From Candidatus Nanohalarchaeota archaeon (GTDB taxonomy: Archaea; Nanohalarchaeota; Nanosalinia; Nanosalinales; JAFCCC01): DNA of 13,284 bases. This document shows, piece after piece, positions 9,638-13,284 of this stretch. Made by a program: the position numbers and the translations under genes. The notes beneath the pieces were generated by a model. That model ran no database searches and was not told the origin of the DNA. It worked only from the letters and a program-made list of their open reading frames with translations. The stretch covers positions 1 to 13,284 of the forward strand of contig JAFCCC010000013.1 in assembly GCA_017610385.1 (NCBI GenBank), in the 5' to 3' direction. Position 1 is the first letter of the stretch. Each line of letters starts with the position of its first letter.

Positions 9638-9668
9638 GTATAGTGAACGCACCCCACACGTTCTATAC
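9638..9668 (-). other. Stem-loop in the serS 3' region
   Basis: Minus strand GTATAGAACG-TGTGGGGTG-CGTTC(AC)TATAC forms a 10-bp stem with a 2-nt bulge, 18 nt after the serS stop. Confidence 0.5.
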
Positions 9669-9686
9669 AGTTATCTATATGACTTT

Positions 9687-10967
9687 TTATTTGCCAATAA
9701 ACTTTTTCTTATTCATATATGGCCTTAGAACCTTTGGAATTTTTATTGTGCCGTCTTTTTGTTGATTTTGTTCTATAACCCCAATCATAACTCTACTTGT
9801 TGCTAATGCGGTGTTGTTTAGTGTATGAACAAAATCTTTTGGAGATTTTCCTTCGCCTTCTCTAAATTTAATATTCAAACTTCTGGCCTGATAATCTAAA
9901 CAATTTGAATTAGATCCAACTTCTCTATACTTTCCATCTGCCATCCAAACTTCTGTATCTAATCTTTTTGAGGCGATACCACTTAATTCACCAGCGCAAG
10001 TATTAACAACGCGAATAGCCAAACCTAATTCTTTATATAAATCTTCACAATTTTTTTGAAGTTCTTGATGAAATTTCCAAGAATCCCCTGGTTTACACAA
10101 GATTACTTGTTCGACTTTATGAAATTGGTGCATTCTAAATAATCCTTTGGTATATTTTCCGTGAGTGCCAATTTCCTTTCTAAAACTTGGACTTATTCCC
10201 ACCAATTTAATTGGAAGATCTTTTTCAGTTATTGTATCATTCATAAACTGACTAACTAGGGGATGTTCAGCAGTGGCGATCATGTACAGATCCTCATTTT
10301 CAATTTTGTACATCACCTCTTCAAAATCCTCTAAATCAACCACACCCTCATAGGGCTTCCTTCGCAACATATATGGCGGATTAACTAATATATAACCCCT
10401 TTTTCTTAAAAAATCAATTGCAAATCTTTGTAAAGCCATATCCAATATAGCTAATTCTTCTTTGTTATAGAAGAAACCAGTACCAGAAACTTTTGCTGCC
10501 CTTTCTGAATCAATTAACTTTAAATGAATTAAAAGCTCCAAATGATTTTTTGCTTTGAAATCAAACATAGGGGGTTTCCCAATTTTTTTAATTTCCACAT
10601 TATTCTCATCACCCACACCCAAAGGAACAGATTCATGAATAATATTTGGAAGAGACTTGTGAATTTTATCTCGTTTTTCTTTTAGTTTTTCCACATTTTC
10701 CTCTAATTTCTTAATTTCCAATGGAATTTCCTTAACTTCTTTTAATTTTTTATCTGTATTTTTCCCAGCCTTTTTTAATTCTGCAATTTCTTTAGTTAAA
10801 ACATTTCTTTTATGTTTCAATCCATTTACTTTTTCCAAATTAGCTCTCCAAGTCTTATCTAATTTTAAAAGCTCATCAACCAACGCAGGTTTCCCTTTAT
10901 TTCCTCGTTCTTTCAAATTCTTTCTAACAATTTCCGGATTTTCTCTAATTAATTTAATATCAATCAT
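9687..10967 (-). CDS. serS: Seryl-tRNA synthetase (canonical type, not the methanogen type)
   Basis: MIDIKLIRENP start, N-terminal coiled coil, TAE, motif 2 FRKE...GLFRMHQFHKVE, motif 3 HTLNNTALATSR. Confidence 0.97.
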   Translation of the reverse strand: MIDIKLIRENPEIVRKNLKERGNKGKPALVDELLKLDKTWRANLEKVNGLKHKRNVLTKEIAELKKAGKNTDKKLKEVKEIPLEIKKLEENVEKLKEKRDKIHKSLPNIIHESVPLGVGDENNVEIKKIGKPPMFDFKAKNHLELLIHLKLIDSERAAKVSGTGFFYNKEELAILDMALQRFAIDFLRKRGYILVNPPYMLRRKPYEGVVDLEDFEEVMYKIENEDLYMIATAEHPLVSQFMNDTITEKDLPIKLVGISPSFRKEIGTHGKYTKGLFRMHQFHKVEQVILCKPGDSWKFHQELQKNCEDLYKELGLAIRVVNTCAGELSGIASKRLDTEVWMADGKYREVGSNSNCLDYQARSLNIKFREGEGKSPKDFVHTLNNTALATSRVMIGVIEQNQQKDGTIKIPKVLRPYMNKKKFIGK

Positions 10968-11985
10968 CAGGATATGCCTCTTTAGCTAATTTTTCTAGTT
11001 TTACACGGTTTTTTCGCATCGGTTCCAATAACTTATTAATTTCTATCACAACAGCATTTTTTAAATCCATTGGATGAATTTCCTTTTTAACAAATGATTT
11101 TTCTAATTCTTCTTTTGTCTTAAATTCCAAATTTCCGCCCCACTTTTCTGGCCGATTTATTATGAACTTTTTATTTTGGTCTTGAAGAATCGTCATAATA
11201 ACATGTTCGGCAAATGATAGAACTCCATTATCTTCAATAATACCTTCTGGACAAAACGCTTTATTAATTTTGATTTTAACTGTTTTTTCATCATCAAGCA
11301 AATCAATTTTTGTTCGGTCATCTGAGGCAGACATTTTCTTTCCAACCAGTCCTGGAAGCATGGGATTCATAATTTCGATTCTTGGTTTATATCCTAATCT
11401 CGGAAGATTTTCTCTTGAAAACATTAATATTTTCCTTTGATCTGTTCCCCCATATTGAATATCAATATTCAAGTAAACTTCATCTAAAGATTGCATAATC
11501 GGATAAATCAATCCAGATAATTGAGGGTTCTTTCCATATTTTACAACATCTGCTGAAGCTCTCTTACAGTCATTAATTGAAACAAAAGTAGAATATTTTA
11601 AAACATCTAACATGTAATCTTTTTTCAATTGAAAAGAAGAACCAGTTATAATTTCAAAATTTTTTATATCTGCGCCAACTGATTTAAACATTAACGAAAC
11701 AACTTCTGAATAATATTTATATCTCTTTTCCAGCAAATCCCACGGACAATTATCCAATGCCCCATGCAAATCTGCTAAAAGTAATTTTACCTTAAACCCT
11801 GCTTTAAGAAAATCTGCTAACTTTAATACCCAGATAAAATACGCTATGTGTGGTTTACCCGTTATTGCAGTGCCTAAATATACTGAGGGCTGCTTTTTAT
11901 TTTTCAATAATTCCATTAATTCTTTTTCAGTTACAATTTCTTGCGTATTTCTTTTTATTAGTTCAAATTTCTCATTAACATTCAT
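10960..11985 (-). CDS. tyrS: Tyrosyl-tRNA synthetase (archaeal/eukaryotic type)
   Basis: HIGH-like PHIAY, ADLH, YPIMQSLD, GGTDQRK, KMSAS, KAFCP and HPMDLK. Overlaps the serS start by 8 nt. Confidence 0.97.
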   Translation of the reverse strand: MNVNEKFELIKRNTQEIVTEKELMELLKNKKQPSVYLGTAITGKPHIAYFIWVLKLADFLKAGFKVKLLLADLHGALDNCPWDLLEKRYKYYSEVVSLMFKSVGADIKNFEIITGSSFQLKKDYMLDVLKYSTFVSINDCKRASADVVKYGKNPQLSGLIYPIMQSLDEVYLNIDIQYGGTDQRKILMFSRENLPRLGYKPRIEIMNPMLPGLVGKKMSASDDRTKIDLLDDEKTVKIKINKAFCPEGIIEDNGVLSFAEHVIMTILQDQNKKFIINRPEKWGGNLEFKTKEELEKSFVKKEIHPMDLKNAVVIEINKLLEPMRKNRVKLEKLAKEAYPDD

Positions 11986-12447
11986 CTAAACCACCACATT
12001 CTCTATTTTGTAGTTAATGCATTTTAAGATATCTCCTGATTTCATTTCAAGCCCGTTTAATAAATCACCAGATCCAAAATGAACATTTTCTAACTTTAAC
12101 ACATCTTTATCCACAAAAACCACAATATCTAAAAATAAAGGGCAAACTTCCCCAAGTTCAAATCCAAATTGATTTTTTATTTCCTGTTTGTTTAAGAGCC
12201 TAATCTTACTTCCCTGAATTTCTTTGAGTTTTTCAAAATCAATTCTATCTGTACCACGCAAAAAAACACCAAAAACCGTTTTACCTTTCAGTAAAATTGT
12301 TTTACAAATTTCTTCAATTTTTACAGGAACCGTGGCCCTTCTAACAACGTCTTTAACGGAAATTGCAGGCCCAGTTAGACTTACAACCTTAAACTCTAGG
12401 CTCCTCTCTCTTAATCTGTGTGTTATTTGTTTTAATCTTTTATTCAT
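11986..12447 (-). CDS. YbaK/ProX (INS-like) aminoacyl-tRNA editing domain protein
   Basis: Conserved Lys in ICKTILLK, GxxxP loop GEVCP, and FGSG. The ATG at 12447 is preferred to the GTG at 12456, because that GTG is part of an SD-like AAGGTG upstream of the ATG. The stop abuts the tyrS ATG. Confidence 0.88.
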   Translation of the reverse strand: MNKRLKQITHRLRERSLEFKVVSLTGPAISVKDVVRRATVPVKIEEICKTILLKGKTVFGVFLRGTDRIDFEKLKEIQGSKIRLLNKQEIKNQFGFELGEVCPLFLDIVVFVDKDVLKLENVHFGSGDLLNGLEMKSGDILKCINYKIENVVV

Positions 12448-12466
12448 ACGAAACACCTTTTTTGAA

Positions 12467-12538
12467 TCTCGGAGACGAGAGTTGAACCCGCACCTTCAGG
12501 TCTACAGCCTGATATGCTACCATTGACACCACCCCGAG
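12467..12538 (-). tRNA. tRNA-Tyr(GUA), intron-less, CCA not encoded
   Basis: Cloverleaf: acceptor CTCGGGG/CTCCGAG plus A73, D arm GTGT/GCAT, anticodon arm TCAGG-CTGTAGA-CCTGA, T arm GCGGG-TTCAACT-CTCGT. C1:G72 and A73 are the archaeal/eukaryotic Tyr identity elements. Confidence 0.92.
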
Positions 12539-12653
12539 GAAATATTGAAATGGCTAACAGTAGCTATAATAAGAATAACTGGAGTTAGAATTTAAAGTAA
12601 TTGAATTTTTAATTAAATTGTTGAATAAACTTAAGAATAAATTTTGCAAAGCT

Positions 12654-12716
12654 GAAACTAGAAAACAGAACTTCTTAACCGCCAGTTCCCAAACCGTAAC
12701 TGAGATACCGGCAACC
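12654..12716 (-). terminator. G-U-rich hairpin followed by a U-rich tract, putative 3' end of the mini-ORF transcript
   Basis: GGTTGCCGGT-A-TCTCAG-TTACGGT-TTGGGA-ACTGGCGGTT (12716-12677) can form 16 pairs, 7 of them G-U. It is followed by TTCTGTTTTCTAGTTTC. Confidence 0.5.
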
Positions 12717-12859
12717 ACTAGACCGTAAATCACTTTTCATCTTTATTCACCTTACATCTTCCATTTTACCAACCAACTTCTCTGTCCGTTTTTAATCACT
12801 TAACTGATGCCCATCCATTTTAATTACACTGCATCTTCCATTTAAATGCCTCTTTCCAT
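12675..12859 (-). other. Array of tandem mini-ORFs (putative small transcript)
   Basis: MERGI* 12859-12842; MEDAV* 12841-12824; MDGHQLSD* 12818-12792; (ACG)DREVGW* 12789-12766; MEDVR* 12764-12747; MKSDLRSSGCRYLSYGLGTGG* 12740-12675. The pattern is directly visible; translation is unproven. Confidence 0.5.
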
Positions 12860-12879
12860 AAATTAAAGTAACATTCAAG

Positions 12880-12896
12880 ATATAAAAAACTTTCCA
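12880..12896 (-). promoter_or_regulatory. BRE-TATA promoter upstream of the mini-ORF array
   Basis: Minus strand GGAAAG-TTTTTTATAT. The TATA ends about 21 nt before the ATG at 12859, consistent with a leaderless transcript. Confidence 0.6.
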
Positions 12897-12960
12897 AAAA
12901 ATACAGTTCTTTGTAGTGCTTAACCAAAAAGAATTTTAGTTTTCAAATCAAAACTAATTC

Positions 12961-13284
12961 ATGAGTACCACTTTTTTCTTTCCAACAGGATTAAAACCAT
13001 GTAGTATTGAACAGAGAAAAGAATTTTACACAAAGGAATTTAATATTGACAAGGCAGAAAAATGGTTCACATTAAACAACAGAACACAGGGTTTGATTGT
13101 TATTGATATTGGAACAGAAACAACAAGATATAGACCAATTCTGAAAAAATATTTGGGAAAATTAGTAAATATATCGAAATTTGAAGACACCACCCAGTTA
13201 AAAGAAAAACTTCTGTATTACATTCCAGAGGATATTTATTATTCAATTAAAACAATTCAGGGAATTCGAGAACACCAAGAATTA
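12961..13284 (+). CDS. Archaeo-eukaryotic primase small subunit (PriS)-like protein, 5' part
   Basis: Not in the ORF track; open to the window end. MSTTFFFPTGLKPCSIEQRKEFYTKEF...LKEKLLYYIPEDIYYS...HQEL. The RxxFY helix, PxDxYYS and terminal EL match PriS just before the expected ELxxDxD catalytic motif, which lies outside the window. Confidence 0.7.
   Translation, partial: MSTTFFFPTGLKPCSIEQRKEFYTKEFNIDKAEKWFTLNNRTQGLIVIDIGTETTRYRPILKKYLGKLVNISKFEDTTQLKEKLLYYIPEDIYYSIKTIQGIREHQEL

Noticed and set aside
12224-12526. 100-aa plus-strand ORF
   Set aside because: Antisense to ybaK and tRNA-Tyr.
12467-12538. tRNA as an integration site of a mobile element
   Set aside because: No duplicated tRNA end and no integrase in the window; the flanking genes are housekeeping.
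12720-12810. C/D-box sRNA reading of the two GTGATT motifs
   Set aside because: No matching CTGA D boxes on the minus strand at suitable spacing.

Overview
AT-rich, densely packed archaeal chromosomal region; gene content and compactness suggest a DPANN-like lineage (inference). It holds a partial HIT hydrolase, an HMf-type histone, an intact PolB, methionine aminopeptidase, Cdc48 preceded by a small Cas2/VapD-like ORF, RadB, type IA topoisomerase, a co-oriented tRNA-Tyr > YbaK > TyrRS > SerRS cluster and a partial PriS-like primase. Three things stand out. (1) The 'intergenic' stretch at 12654-12895 looks like a minus-strand transcription unit (BRE/TATA, chain of 5-6 stop/start-coupled mini-ORFs, G-U-rich hairpin, U-rich tail). 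(2) A stand-alone Cas2-like gene is coupled to cdc48 under a promoter whose TATA box is flanked by two identical 17-bp palindromic sites. (3) An atypical tRNA-Tyr appears to lead an operon encoding its own opisthokont-like synthetase and a trans-editing factor. No CRISPR array or mobile element is supported. All family calls rest on motifs read by eye.
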